Positions 1 through 13,312 of a stretch of 64,000 nucleotides of DNA are shown piece after piece (position 1 is the stretch's first letter; each line of letters begins with the position of its first letter). Below the pieces are notes generated by a model. That model saw nothing but the letters and a program-made list of their open reading frames with translations, had not been told where the DNA came from and ran no database searches. Source of the stretch: Psammoneis japonica (Eukaryota); NCBI GenBank assembly GCA_008632985.1, contig QPGO01000044.1:186001-250000 (forward strand), written 5' to 3'. Both the position numbers and the translations under genes were made by a program.

Positions 1-283
1 AGTGTACAGATAACGTTCATTAAAGAAATACGTTGGCAACTCCCGTACACAACCTACGGTATAGTACACGCATGTACAGAAGTACGGACACCGCAGTAGT
101 GCAACATGTTCGAAAGCTTTCGAACGCCAATTCCAGTACGCGCTGTACGGGGCACAACGCACGTCGTGAAGAAACGACGTGGTAGGTCGGTCGCGATCTT
201 TTTCCCAACGCGCGACATCCAGCACATTCCCAATTTTTCTCGAGCGTCCTTGCCACGGTCATCGTCATCACAAAGACACCATC

Positions 284-1395
284 ATGGATACCCCACCTCA
301 TGCTCTGGAGGTATCGCCTGCATCAGAGTTGACATTTACGCTTTCCCGTGCGTCGAGTGGAGCGGATGCAACTCCACGATGCACTTTGACTCTTCGTCAC
401 CCAGGCAACACCGATGAGCATCTCGCGTTCAAGGTACGTTCATGGATATTCGGGTGTGGTTATGCATATGCTGTCAGAACATACGGCCAGACTGGTGTAG
501 TTTTTTTCTCAGTTTTGGTGTTTTCGTTTCTTCTTGCATGCTTGTCTTATAGGTCAAGACCACGCAGCCTAGGCGTTATCTAGTGCGCCCTAATCAGGGA
601 TTAGTGGCTCCTCATAGCTCTGAGACTATATCTATATTACTTGTAGAGAAGGATAAGGAGGTTCTACTCCAGTCGTACGATCGCTTGGGTCAGTCGGCTC
701 TTGATCACTCAAAGGACAAGTTTTTGGTCCAGTCTTGCTGCGTTTCCCGTGAGTTTGCAATGCGTTATATAAATGAAAAGGGAAAAGCTGACACGCTGAA
801 AGGAGATGCCGCGACCAAGGCTTCAAAGGAGTTGGCGGAAGCTCTGACTGGAATGTGGAACGCGGTCACTGCGGGTGGAACAAATCCCGTATACAACAAA
901 AAGCTCCACGTCCGTCACGTTGTCGGTGGTACCAGCGCTGCAGCGGCAAACGCAAGCAAGCCACCGGTTCAGCCTCACGACAAGTCGCTTGCAGCCATTG
1001 AAAACATGAGTGCGGAACAAATGTTTAACGAAGTATCGTCTCTTCGTAGGAAATACGATGAGCTCGTCTCGTTCTCTGTCAACTTAACTGCTGAGAGGGA
1101 TATATTGAACAACACTCTGGAGCAGACGAAGCGTGATTTGAATCGGGAAATGGCGGCACGTGCCGCCTTGGAGAACAAGCAAGGTGGAGGTGGCGCACGT
1201 GGAGGTGCAATGGTTCCCGGGGCATCGGGTTCTTCAGCAGCCGCTCTCATTTTACAGTTTTTGGTTGTCGGGATTGCGTGCTTTTTGGCAGGAGTTCGCT
1301 TGACGCAAGATGGTCGGGTGGGATTTTTGGAGGATGTTCCTGTAATTGGTGGCATGTTCAAAGTTGACGATGATACTGGCACCGCTGAAGCTTGA
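284..1395 (+). CDS. VAMP-associated protein (VAP/Scs2 family: MSP domain, coiled coil, C-terminal TM); 2 exons, 284-433 and 553-1395
   Basis: Splicing the GT(434)..AG(552) intron gives the MSP signature LAFKVKTTQPRRYLVRPNQG; coiled coil LRRKYDELV..LNNTLEQTKRDL; hydrophobic C-terminal anchor ALILQFLVVGIACFLAG. Confidence 0.9.
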
Positions 1396-1724
1396 GAGAT
1401 ACGTTGACATGGGTTTTGTAACAGACGAATTTTCAGAAATCTTGGTTGTCAATGTGCCACGGGTGCTATGGAAAGGAAATTGGTTGTATTTGTATTACAA
1501 AGCCACATGTACGTTAATTCGACTATAAGAAATACTGGAGAATGCCGAACTGGTTTGTGAGGTAGCTGTAGATCAAGGAATCAATCTTAGACACAGGTCT
1601 TTGGTCTTTTTGTGATTTAATGAAAGCTCGCTCATGGATATGCGCTGGTCATGGCTGGTCCACTAGCAGCATGTCGGACTTCTTCACTCTTTCGGCCATG
1701 TTACTTTCAACACGCATTTGCCTA

Positions 1725-2400
1725 CCTGTAGGGCCCTCTAGTAGAGTATTGTGATGACCCACCCTCAATAAAACTCGGTAGCCTACTCACGTCGGCCCGT
1801 CCAGAGCCACCACTGTGAATCGATGGTACCTGCTCTAGAAAGTAGATGCAATTGCGCTTTCGCTTCTTGGCTCTTGAAGTGTCCAGTCGAAGGCGAAATT
1901 CTCATCGGACTACCATCTATTGGTGCTCTCTAGCTAGAGAGGGCCCGTACTTCCTGACTCTAGAGAGTACTTCTAGTACAGAGAAAGTTACAGTAAGGTT
2001 AATGTCCCTCTCTGCATGGCTACCGGAGACTCTCTACTACTCTCTAGAGTAGAGAGCCCTCTACCTACTCTGCACGGTACTCAGGGTAGAGTACTTCTAC
2101 TGTACAACATAGAGAGCCCTCGCAGCCGTACCATAGGTATTCATACTCTAGAGAGTAGAGAGTAGAGTCTACCGTACAGTGTATTGAAAGGTAGTCTACC
2201 GCAAGTGATTGCCTATCTGGCGGCCTACCGGTAGGGCCCTACCTAGACTACGTGTGAATCGAATGAGTATGGTACAAGTTGTTGAACTTGGTACAAGGTA
2301 CATACGAGTATGAATACACTCAATCTACTAGAGTAGAGGCGTTACTGTACAAGTACCTATGGTACTGTACATAAATTCGTACCGGTACGGCGCATGCTAC
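1725..2400. repeat. Low-complexity TAC/GTA/CTAG-rich non-coding tract with short recurring motifs (CTCTAGAG, GGGCCCT/AGAGCCCT, TGTGAATCGA)
   Basis: 8 TpA in the 60 nt from 2041; TGTGAATCGA at ~1814 and ~2253; GGGCCC at 1731, 1941 and ~2235; no credible ORF. Confidence 0.6.
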
Positions 2401-3034
2401 CGTTGAATGGTGGAAAAGACAAAAAAATTACATATTGCCATGCGTAAATTGGACATACATGCATGATGTACATAATTACGAAAGCCAAATTTTAATATCA
2501 ACGCTTTTCACTAATTCAAGATATTAAAGCCCGAATATGTCTCATACTTTGCACATGAAAAACAAAATTTCAAAAGGAGCATTCAATAGTATATAATATG
2601 GATTACAACATAAATAATGCAGTCTTGGGCTGGTCTTGAGAGAAAATTTGGGCGGTTGCGAAATTCTTCCACCAAGCAACAGAGTGGTTGGTTGACCAAA
2701 CTGAAGTATCGAGCGCTATTGACGACTCTGGCATAAATGGCAACAAATCGATTGCTCAATCGGTTTTAGACGTACCGCATTACCGTAGCGCCGAACAAGG
2801 TGAGTTGTCATGATGTACAACGAGCAACGACTGCACTTAGTCATCTTTGGTTGGAGGGAGAAAGAAGTCGTATCGTATCCACTATTAACGATCGTCTTGA
2901 TTCTGTGAACCGTTAATCGTCAGTGTATCTACCTCATGTTCATGAGACTGTTCTAACTCTCGGTCGCTCGACCATTCTTCGATTCGTTGTTGCTGCTGCC
3001 TAGGAACTTGATTTACATCATAAAACAAGGGAAA

Positions 3035-4329
3035 ATGGCTGTTCCAAAGTGCCACGTTGCCCAATTATGGATTTCTGTCATTGCCTTTCTCGGTATAATA
3101 TATCGAGATTGGGTTCATCACCTGCACTTATATCATCATTCCTTAAACGAGCCAACGCTCACTGCATCTGCGCTCACTGCACCTACTCTCACTGCATCCG
3201 TAGACCATCAAGATGAGAGTAGACACGCGTTTGAACCGACTGTAAAAAAAACCGTATCAAAGAAAAAAAAGCCGACTAAGCAAGAGAGAAAGGAGGAAAC
3301 AGTATGCGCAGACTGGCACACGAATATGGATTCATGGTGGCAGCACCACCCTGACTGGGAAATTTCTGAAGAGACAGCGACTGGATACTGCTTCTCACCC
3401 ATGCAGCACAAGGAAAAGGCTGAATTCTTCCGCCAGCTCTATTACATTCAATACACTGGCGACTGTTCCAACGTCAGAACCGTGGAAATCGAGTCCACTG
3501 GCTATGGAGAAACGTTCAACTTGGTTGATGCGGCTCTTCTCTATGCCTACGAGAATAACCAACCCGTTTCATTCCATCCAAGAAAGGGTCGATGGCACTA
3601 TGCTGCCAAGAAGGATGCAAGCACCCCTGTTTGTCCACGCAAAGATATGTCGTGCTACTTTCTGAATGTCACATCCTGTCAAGCCAACCCCGACAAGATT
3701 GAGAAGCCGAAAAAACCAAAAGGCGATTTTTCCGTTAATTCCCGAAAAGGCAGATGGATCTACGAGTATGCCACCCGTGGTCAACATGGTTGAGACGAGA
3801 AGTGTACAAGCTGTCCTCCACAACAGAGCTTGTTACACCATGTACAGTCATGCATGTTCGTCGGACCGATGCTGTACTGGAGAAAGGCAAGCACCGCAAG
3901 TATCACGCCATTCAAGAGTATGTGGATGGAGCTGGAACGGACCTTACCGATAACATTTTTCTTCTCACGGACGATCAAAACGCCATTGAAGAAGCGATTA
4001 CTGAGTTCCCTCAGTATAACTGGATGTACATGGATCGTCCGAGATATAGAGGAACTGAGGGTGGTTTTGAAGCACACATTCCTTCGGACGATCCAAAGTT
4101 CGAGGTGATTGTCATTCTATCAACGTTCAAGTTGGTGAAGCACTGCGAAACTTTTGTGCACGCTAGGAGCAGGTTTGCTACACAGATTCGCAGCAACATG
4201 CTTGATGCCAAAGCGATCGATCTCGACTACGGTAAGCAAGTTTACAATGATTCCAACGACAAAACTGTAGTCATTTCAAAATCATATCTGAGGAAGCAAT
4301 CACCATTTTTTAGTGGTTGGATTCGTTGA
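3035..4329 (+). CDS. Type II membrane alpha-1,6-fucosyltransferase-like (GT23/FUT8-like) protein, with an apparent 1-nt frameshift at ~3785
   Basis: N-terminal TM (LWISVIAFLGIIY); MHVRRTD resembles the FUT8 HVRRTD motif, followed by IFLLTDD; adding one A joins YATRGQ to TWLRREVY. Confidence 0.65.
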
Positions 4330-4384
4330 AAATAGAAAAGAAAACTTTAAATTTTGTCATACAAAACAGCGTGCCTTCAGTGTC

Positions 4385-7288
4385 CTATTCCTGACCTCCC
4401 GAAGCCGAATAAAGTTCAACGTCCAGCGAGTAGGATGCGTAAGAGAATGTCTTGTCGGCGACGTGCGTTTGATATCCATTGTCCACACACGTTCCTCTTG
4501 CCACAGAGAAGGGAGCAAACTGGCCAATACCCCACTGTGCCGGTAGAGACACAATGTGAGGAATGCAGAATTGTGCGCAGGAACTTTCGAACACGTCGCC
4601 ATCACCACTGCCGCCTTCAAGATATCGTTCGCCGTTGTTTCCTCCAGCATAGTTGCTGACAATATCTCCCACTTCCGTCGTGTACTCTAGGTCACACCCA
4701 GTCAAAAAGGGGTACTTGTATTGCTCGGCAGGCTTTCTAACTCGAAAGAGCAACAAGAGCAACATGATCACCCCAAGTGCACCCAAGACTTTCATGGGTA
4801 AGGGCTTGACTTGTGCAGAGGGCTGAGGCTGAGAATTAAAGCTGTTTGTCTCCAACTCGGCGCCCCACGAAACTAAGAGCGGAGTAAAGCACCCAATCAT
4901 CAGTCCGGTGAGGAGCACGACCCAACTATTAAAGGGAAAGAGGGCACAGCCAAGAACGGTAAACAGAATTGTCGATGCCCAAGGCTTTGGGAATTCTTCG
5001 CTCTCTCTTTCGTGCTTCTGCATATCGTCGACATTGACAGACTCTTCTTTCGGCTCATTCACTTCAGCTTGAGTGTGATTGGTATTTGATGGGGGTGAAT
5101 AGTCTTGTACCGAAACAACAGGTTCGTCGACCTCCTGTCGGTAGTCGTTGTAGCCGTCTTCTTGCTTTGATTCTCCGCCGATTACGCTTCTGACAATAGA
5201 AAACACATTCAATCCCAACACCAGCGACAAGCTGGTACAACTAGCACCGTTTGCTACAAGTGCATAGAGCAGGTTCGTTCCCATCATGATGGTAAATGAC
5301 ACCAGACCAAACACCTTCCAACTGCCGACTCGTTCTTCAATCACTCTTGTGTGTCGCCATAGGCAAAACACAACCATCAAGTACGTCAGCACACCACTGC
5401 AGAGAAAGTTTGATGAAATGAGCCTCGTGTACTGGCTTTGGTAGACAATAAGTGTTGGATTGTTGATGCCAAAATCGCTCAGTCCTTGGGCACTTGGGCC
5501 CAAGGATGGATTATTAATGGGATGAGCAAACCCCTCAACAACGAGCATTGCAATAAAGTAAAAGGTTGCGGCAACAAAATACGCAGCCGTCATTGGAAAG
5601 TCCTTGAACCGCTTAAAAAAGGACGACGCGGTCTGTTTCCACTGGGGTGACAACTTTAAGTGATAGTTGGCAAGAATCGCATCCGCGTCAAGCTGCAGGG
5701 GCCGTTGGCTGGATTTTGTCCGTGTGTAAAAGACGCCTGCCGCCAGGAGGCCGCCTAGAACGATGCTCGTGAAAAAGAGCGGAACTGACCGATGCGATGC
5801 ACCAAAGACAGACTTTTCTTCAAACACAGACGACGCCCAGTCCTCAAAACCGTATTCTTGGAGAGCGTAATAAAAGCCAAAGCTACAGTGGCCTTCCGAA
5901 TCCATGAAAAACGTGTCAACATTTCGATGCTTTGCTTGAACGGTACTTATAGAATTCGAAAGCTCACTCCACCACGTGTCATAACTGTAGTCACCACCAC
6001 CGCCGCCGTCTTGGTAACCGTCTCCGCCGCCGTTGCCAGACATCCATTGATAATATTGAAGCGAGATTGGATCAGTGGTGTGCGAGATCAGACCCCAGTT
6101 ATCGCGGTTGGACCCTCGCTTCAACACGTGATCCCAAACCAGGGTGGGGTATTCTGTGTTGTAGCGATACTTGCGGTAGTTGAATCCAATGCCTAAACGA
6201 ACGAACAAACAATATAGAGATGGCCAGGGCCGAGTGGACATGAGAAAAGACCCTCAGCACAGAAATAACCATGCGCTGAAGGACAACAACTCTTACGTTT
6301 CATGATCCTCGACGGATCCCAATTCTCTAGAGCATTCTCCAAAAAGTATTCGGGAGTCAAGTAGACGGGCGAGTCTGAAATGACATTGATTTGGACGGAT
6401 CGTCCTCCCTTGATAAAGGAATTGTAGTGCTTGTTCAACAAATCGTAGACAACCGGAAGAGCAGTCCCTCCAGCGCTGCAACCCGTCAAGGCAATGTGCG
6501 AGGGTTCTTTAAAGTTGCGAAAGATCCATCTCAGTACCGAAAACGTATTGTGTGCACCATGGTGAAGAACGGTTGCGCCATTATCATAGCTTGCCGTCGA
6601 GTCACCCATATGGATGTCTTGCGTGCAATACGGAACGACAACTGTTCCAGAAAAGTGGTATAGGTAGCGTAAGTCATCCAGAAGTAACAATAGAAACACA
6701 TAGTTTCGGCTTTATATTCCTCACCCGTGTTGTATTCGGTAAAATCAACGTCACCGAGTTGTTGTGCACACAGCATGTTGAACGGAGTTCCGTCGTCTCC
6801 ACCGCCAGAAATGCCGTATTGGATTTCACTGCAACTCAAACCCACAAAATTTTCCATCATATATGGAAAGGTCAGTCTATCACTCATCATACTGCAGGTA
6901 TCCGAGTCCCAACTTTTGAAAAAGATGTAACAAGCGAGATTAGATTTGAAACAAATGCTGAATCGAGAATCATCGCCAAAACACAGAAAACGCACCATGC
7001 TCCGCCTCCTTGGAATTCAATCAAGAGCTTTTGTTCATTTGCCTTTTTCTGAGTCGGTCTCGAGAAGAAAAAAGAAAAGGCCGTGCCATCGCCACAGGTG
7101 GGTCTTCCAAGAGAAACGCCCCACTTTTGCGGAGGACAAATCTTGTGAAATTGATTCGGTGTCAGTCTTGACGCTCTGACATTGTCGTGGATTGCGTCGC
7201 TGTCACACACATACTCTCCATAAGCTTCTGACAGCAAAAGTAAAGGTAGTACTATACATCTCCAAAACAACGTGATTGCGTGTGTCAT
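4385..7288 (-). CDS. Multi-exon gene: secreted pectin-acetylesterase/Notum-type hydrolase domain fused to a rhomboid-like multi-TM domain
   Basis: Signal peptide; PAE motifs CGDGT, IEFQGGG, VPYCTQDIHMG, LTGCSAGG (GxSxG), VISDSP; rhomboid-like NPSLGPS...QYTRLISSNFL..G and GASC in the 618-aa ORF. Internal exon boundaries are approximate. Confidence 0.7.
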
Positions 7289-7369
7289 TGTGCTTTTTCT
7301 GTTTGATTTTTCACAAAAACGCATCGGCTTCTTGCGTCATTGTCTCACGCTTTCTTGTGTTATGTGTTA

Positions 7370-9778
7370 TCATCATCTCCGGACAGGGACAGGCGGCGGC
7401 CGAGCGAGGCGAGCGAGCGGCGGAGCGAGCATGCATTGGCGTGCAAAATCGGACATGCCCGGCAAGCAAACATGTCGCTTGCGTGCTTTCCAATGTGTTG
7501 AAAATTTGAAAAAAGCAATTTCTGGAAACACGGAGTTGCAGAGAGCCGCAAACACGTTTTCCGGTCATTGCAGCTGCCACAACAAGCAGGGTCCAGCACC
7601 ATGTTTTTATTTTTCAGCAACTTTCAATGTCCCTGACACCACACACACCAGTTTTTTTTTGCCAAGCATCGATTTTTTTGCTGGACAAGGAAAGCCCAGT
7701 GTTTTTGTGTCGGGACATGAACATGTGTTGCATTTGGCAATCAATGCCAGTGCATTGTTCATTGATTTAATTGAAACATGTGAAAAATGTGTGCACTCTG
7801 TGCAAACAAAAAATGCCACGAATGTTTGATGTTTCTTTGTTCTTTCAAATGACTGACGACAACAGAGAGACAGATCATGAACACGGCTGCCTTCGCGTTC
7901 GACAAAATTAGCCGAACCCTGATGTCGTGAGGAAAAAGGAATTTTTTGCGGTGGATTCAAGGGGATTTGCATCACACTTGCATTTTAAGTTGTTTGAGTC
8001 AGTGTGAAAACAAAGATTCCCCTTTTAGAGTTGTTGCAACTGCTGATCGACAGCAAAGAACGATCACGATGGCAGTGATTGAGCTGTTTTCAATGCAATG
8101 TTGTTTCCTTGACACACTCATGAAAATTTAATGAGAACTTGTGTTGAAAAGAGTGAAATTTTGAATGTGTTCTGTGGGAGAATTGTTGACTGCAAAGCAG
8201 TGCGATGACATGGAACACAGCAACACAGTTGTTGTTGACGTCGTGCATCAGTTTTTAGGATTTGGGGGCCAAAAGGCACAAAAAGAACAAGAATGTTGAA
8301 TGAAAGTTGCAAACAGCACGCATTTTATGGGTGGAGCATCTTGTGTCATCATCGCTTTGGTTGACGAGCAGCATGAGTGTGACGCCATCGTTCGTGGTGT
8401 GGTGTGCTTGTTCCATCGAATTTGATTTGATGGAATGACACGTTGTGGTGTGAAGACCTGCAGGCATTTTATTTGTGCAGACATCCACACCACGTTCACT
8501 TGGGAAAAAGCGGAGTGAGGCCAAAACAGCACCAGGATGTGGCTTCACTGCTGTGTTCACCGACGTCATCTCAGAAAGCAGTGCATGCCAGCATGGCGTG
8601 GCAAACGTGAAGGCGGTCGCCTTCACTCATGATCTGTCACTCTGATGAAGGCGACCCCAAATGCAGCATGCTTGATCAACAATCATGAACTCACCATGAG
8701 ACTGATGTGTGTCGATGGCTTGCAATTGATGTCACATGTGTGTCTCACTGTGCTTTGAAATTCATTGATTGCAGTGAAAACTGTTTGCACCCATCGTTGC
8801 TTTTCAACCGCACAAGCCAAAATGAGCCTGTGACACTCTTGCATGTGCTTGTGCCACACACAACAAGTCCACAAGATTCAACATGCTGTTGATTGTTGTG
8901 GCCATTGAAGGCAGTGCCATTGAGAAAACTGTGATTGCAGAGTTGCCATGGTGAGGTGGTTTCCACGGTTTCCAGCTGCGCCACACCAATGGTGAATTCA
9001 TGCTGAAACTGAGTCGTGCTTGTCGAGTTGGCATGGCTGCCACTTTGCACATCATGTGCCCACAATTGTCAGTGGCAGGGCTGGCAGCAAAAAATCATGA
9101 CTCAGCAGAAAAAAAAAACAACTGAGGTCCCTGACAAGAACACCTGCCCCAGATCACAAGACAAAGATCATGTGGAAGAAGCGGCGACAGGGAAGATGTT
9201 GTGCTTGCCCCCTCCAGCTCATCATCCATTGCTCATGGTGCTGATTTTTTAAAAACATGAAACAATGCACTTTTTTCAATGGCACAGATGGGGTGCTGCT
9301 TCAAGAGACAGTGCAGCAGCCAGCACCCCCTCAGGAGGATGTGTGCGGTGCATCTGGGGGCTGCTGCTCAACAACATGAGTGGTTGGGTGACAGGAGCAC
9401 AAGCAAACAAGCACAGCTGGCTGCACAAAAGCAGGTTCAGGGGACACAAGACAATTTTTCCCATCTCAGCTCTTGTTCTGTGGTTCTTCAAAGTGGGCGG
9501 TGCCATTGAAAATGGGTTTTTTTGCCGCCACCCGCTCATGCACACGCACCAGTCTGTGATGAAATCCAATTTTTGACCAGCCATTGCAATGGGAACAAAA
9601 AGGGCAGCAGCAACTGGGCACATGTTGGTGCACCTGTGAAGTTGATCTTCTTTGGAACAGATTTGAGATGCCACAAGAAAGAGCCACACCAGCAGCTTTG
9701 GAGATGGTGAGGGGGTGGGGTTGTCAATGCAAGGAGTCACCAATCTCAGGTGAGCAGGAAGAAAATGATTTTGCAACG
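7370..9778. mobile_element. Degenerate, unclassified repeat/TE-like block, TpA-depleted
   Basis: Only about ten TpA by eye in ~2.4 kb, nearly all in TTTA/ATTA context; many short Tyr-free ORFs. TE identity is inferred from sharing the signature of the identified TE blocks. Confidence 0.5.
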
Positions 9779-10079
9779 TACCTGAAAGGACTGTGTGTCA
9801 CATTTTTGAACGACAAAAATGACACATTGATGTCCTCTTGTTGTTTTGAGTTGCAAGTCCTAACGAACAGCCAGTCATCGCCACCAGTCCCTCGTATTTA
9901 GGAGTCTGTCCATCAGTCTTGTCCGTGAGAATGCTGATGATGCAGTGCTGTAGATTCTGATTGGCTGGCGTTGGTGGCCGTTGGGGTATTATTACCGGCA
10001 CGCAGCAAACGGCAAACGGAAAACGCGACCATAAAAAGAGAAAACGATGCAACATGCAATCGCAGCAACGTGAATCATC

Positions 10080-11793
10080 ATGATATCCTTGGAACACCTT
10101 TCTCCCAAGATTGCTTTTGCTCTCGTCTCTTTCTCTCTGGGCGAATTGGGAGACGGACTTAACATTTTTCAGGGTATATATTTAGTCGGTCTGGGATGGA
10201 ACGAAGGTTCTGTAGGAATCGCCTTGAGTCTCATGGGGCTTACGACGCTCTTGATACAAACCGTGGCTGGTGACATTGTCGACAAGACAATGTGGGATCG
10301 ACGAATTTTCTTGGCAACCGCCAGTGTTGTCACTGCCATTACAGCATCCGCAATTCTGCTTGTACGAGAGGGAAACACGGACCATGGATTGATCTATATA
10401 ACCAAAATCATCGAGGGCGTTGCTGGATCCTTTATTGCTCCGTGTCTTGCGGCTCTTACGCTAGCAACCTTTGGTCCAGCGCATTTTGACGCAGTCATGG
10501 CGAACAACATTTTGTGGGGGCATGTGGGAAGTGTGGTTGCTGCCTTGTTGGCAGGGACAGTTGCCTTTCTCTTGTACCCCAACATTAAGTACTGTTTCTT
10601 GGTGAATGGATCTTCTGCGTTGCTTGCGATTTGTTTTGTCAAGTTTCTACCTGAAGGTGATCCGCTCATGGGACGCGGTTTCAAGGGTACAGTCGCTCTT
10701 GATGAAGATGGGCACATGGAAGTTATTGAGAGTGATCAATATGGTCTGAAGAAAACAGCTCAGCGACATAAGGACGCCCCACCGTCCACTTCAGAAGCAT
10801 TTTTACCAAAGAAGGAAGAGCCAATACCTGAGGCTTCAACATATTGGGAAGTGTTGTTGGACTGCAAGACCTTTGTGTTGTGTTTGACAGGCTTCTTCTT
10901 TCAGTGAGTTTCGCATGACTCTGTCCGTGCCAAGTCTTTCTGTGGACTAGGCGTACACTTCTAAAACCCCACGCTTTTTGCCTTTTCCGTCTACAGTTTT
11001 GCGAATGCGAATGTTCTTTTGGTGTTGGGTGAAATCATGGGTGGCGACAACGATGATGGTTCGCCCAAGCGAAGCGCCATTCCCTTGATTGCGGGAGCAA
11101 TCGTCCTGGCTCAAGTCACAATGGCAGTTGCAACATGGGCGGGCGACTATTTGACAGCCATAGGGATTGGACGAAAGCCACTCTTTCTCGCAGGCCTACT
11201 ATCCTTACCAGTACGGTGCGGTACGTTCAGTTGTTGCTTGTGCCTCTTTTGTAACTTGTCATTCTAGCCATGACTCATGGCAGACTTGCCGGCATTTCCT
11301 CCTCTTGGTAGCTTTGATAATATACTGGAAGGACTCTGGTGATGCCTTTCTTCTGTCAACTCAAATTTTGGACGGAATCGGTGGTGGCCTCTTTGGTCTG
11401 CTTCACCCTTACCTGCTGGCAGACATCGCGTTTGGAACGGGTCGGTTTAATGTCATGAGTAAGTTGCATTATAATCGAAGCTACGTATACATACGTCGAT
11501 TGGAAGCTTAGCTTTCTCTTTTTTGTTTGTGCTCGAAAGTGGGCTTGACCGCCTCTTGCTTTGGACTAGGTGCTACCATGTCCAACTTTTTTGGCCAACA
11601 GGTTGTGGAGAGACTCGGTCACGTTGCTAGTTTGTCGGGTTCTCTGGTTCTATCAATAGTTCCCATTCTTGTGTTTGGAATATTTATGCCTGAAACAATG
11701 GGGAAACGAGGTACCTTGGCTCCACATCACGAGGATAAAAGACAGCACAACCGTCAAGAACAGCCGGGTGTCCATTACGTTGAGATGGTATAG
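10080..11793 (+). CDS. MFS transporter (about 4 exons)
   Basis: Multiple TM helices; motif-A-like GDIVDKTMWDRR and GDYLTAIGIGRK; GTGRFN; GT-AG introns near 10905, 11222 and 11459. Confidence 0.85.
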
Positions 11794-11897
11794 AAATAAA
11801 AAGTAGAGCGTATCTTTACACTGATAGCGCATGTGGATCTAGTTCTCTCTGATTGTTTTGATCAGCTGTACAAGCGATGGTGACACAAAAGTGACAT

Positions 11898-13312
11898 CTA
11901 ATCTTGTTCGTTTTCAGCCACACGCCTCAATCTATTGTCTATGGATTGCTTCAAACGCTCCATCACCATATGAATAAGGTCTCTACGACTCTGTCCCTCT
12001 GGAACATTCAAATGAAGTAACATTGCTTCTGATCGAAGTTCCTCGAGCTTTAATTGTGTCACTTGAAGGAGTCGCATGAGGTCGTTGCGGCGAAGTTCCT
12101 TGATTTCATTCATTTGTAATCCAAACTCGATTAAATCCTCCCGTAGATCAGAAAGACTTCTTCTGGCAAAGTCTGACGCCGCTTCTGCAGCTATCCTTGC
12201 GGTAGTGTCTGATTGGACAATCCCATTTCGTCGATCTTCCAGGTGAACTCCTGTGATGGTTTCAAACGCGTGGGTTGCATTGGCCGGCAGCATTTCGGAG
12301 AAAGAAAGCCCATGCGAGTAATACCTCCCGACTCTTTCTGCTGGGTTAGACACGAAGACCGCAACGCACCAACCAATAATGATGTCGATGGAATAGTGTC
12401 CACGTGTTGCGAGCAGCCGAATAATCTGAATTACATTGAAAAAGTGCAACGCCAAGGAACACTGGGCAAATAAACAAGAACACAATGCTCGTGGACTCGT
12501 TAGCGAGAAGCAAGAGCAGCGGCGATTAAACTGAATTAGCCCATTTCTAGATAGTATTCTCTAGAGAAATTGAATCTTGTGCGTACCTTGATATAGCCAT
12601 GGATATACATGTGGTTAGCGGCAATCACACAACATGCGACATGCCCGGAAAAAAAGCTCACAAAAGGAAGATGGGGAGAAGTTGGTGCTGTCGGCAAGAC
12701 AGAGCAGTCTTGAAAGAAGCACTGCGCAACTTCGGGAAAGTCATAGAGAGACAAAAGGAACTCTTCCGATGGCGGTAGATAGGTGAACCACCCACAAAAT
12801 GATCGGAAGAGCTGCGTGGCGATGAGACGAAACGCAAGAGTGTAGTCTCCATGCCAAAAAGTCACGTTCGCAGCGTAGGTCGTTGGAACGATTAGTGCCA
12901 GCGAGTTGAGTAGAGCAAGCATATCGTTCCATATTCTGTGCTGCTCTAGAAACCGATATAGAGGTGCTGTTAAAATGAAGCCAGCATCAACGATTGACCC
13001 ACTGCTGCTCGTTTGAAACTCCGTATCTTGATTATTGGCGGTGGCCCCTCGAATGTCAGCATTGTTCGCATTGGTTTCGACAAAGCCTACGATGTGTAAC
13101 GCAACTGACGAGGAACAATTAGTATTACATATAAGAATGAAGCAAATAACGGAAACAGGAAAATTGAATTGGGAAGACTTACTTCCGCCAAGGACAAGAA
13201 ACAGAAAATCCCGCCACATTGCATTGCGCAATCTCTGTTTCTGCCACTTTCGTCCTTGGGAGTTTTGCATTCCCTCCGGCCAATCGGCGTCTTTAGATCT
13301 CTCGTGTGGCAT
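11898..13312 (-). CDS. Phosphatidylcholine:diacylglycerol cholinephosphotransferase (PDCT/ROD1)-like, SMS/PAP2 superfamily; intron-containing
   Basis: FFSGHVACCVIA and RLLATRGHYSIDIIIG match my recollection of the ROD1 catalytic motifs (FSGHV..; RLLGTRGHYTIDL); TYLPPSEEFL..DFP is also similar. Confidence 0.75.

Noticed and set aside
975..1382. Antisense ORFs over real genes (here and at 14593-15867 and 18817-19302)
   Set aside because: Shadow frames of well-supported genes on the opposite strand, with no independent motifs.
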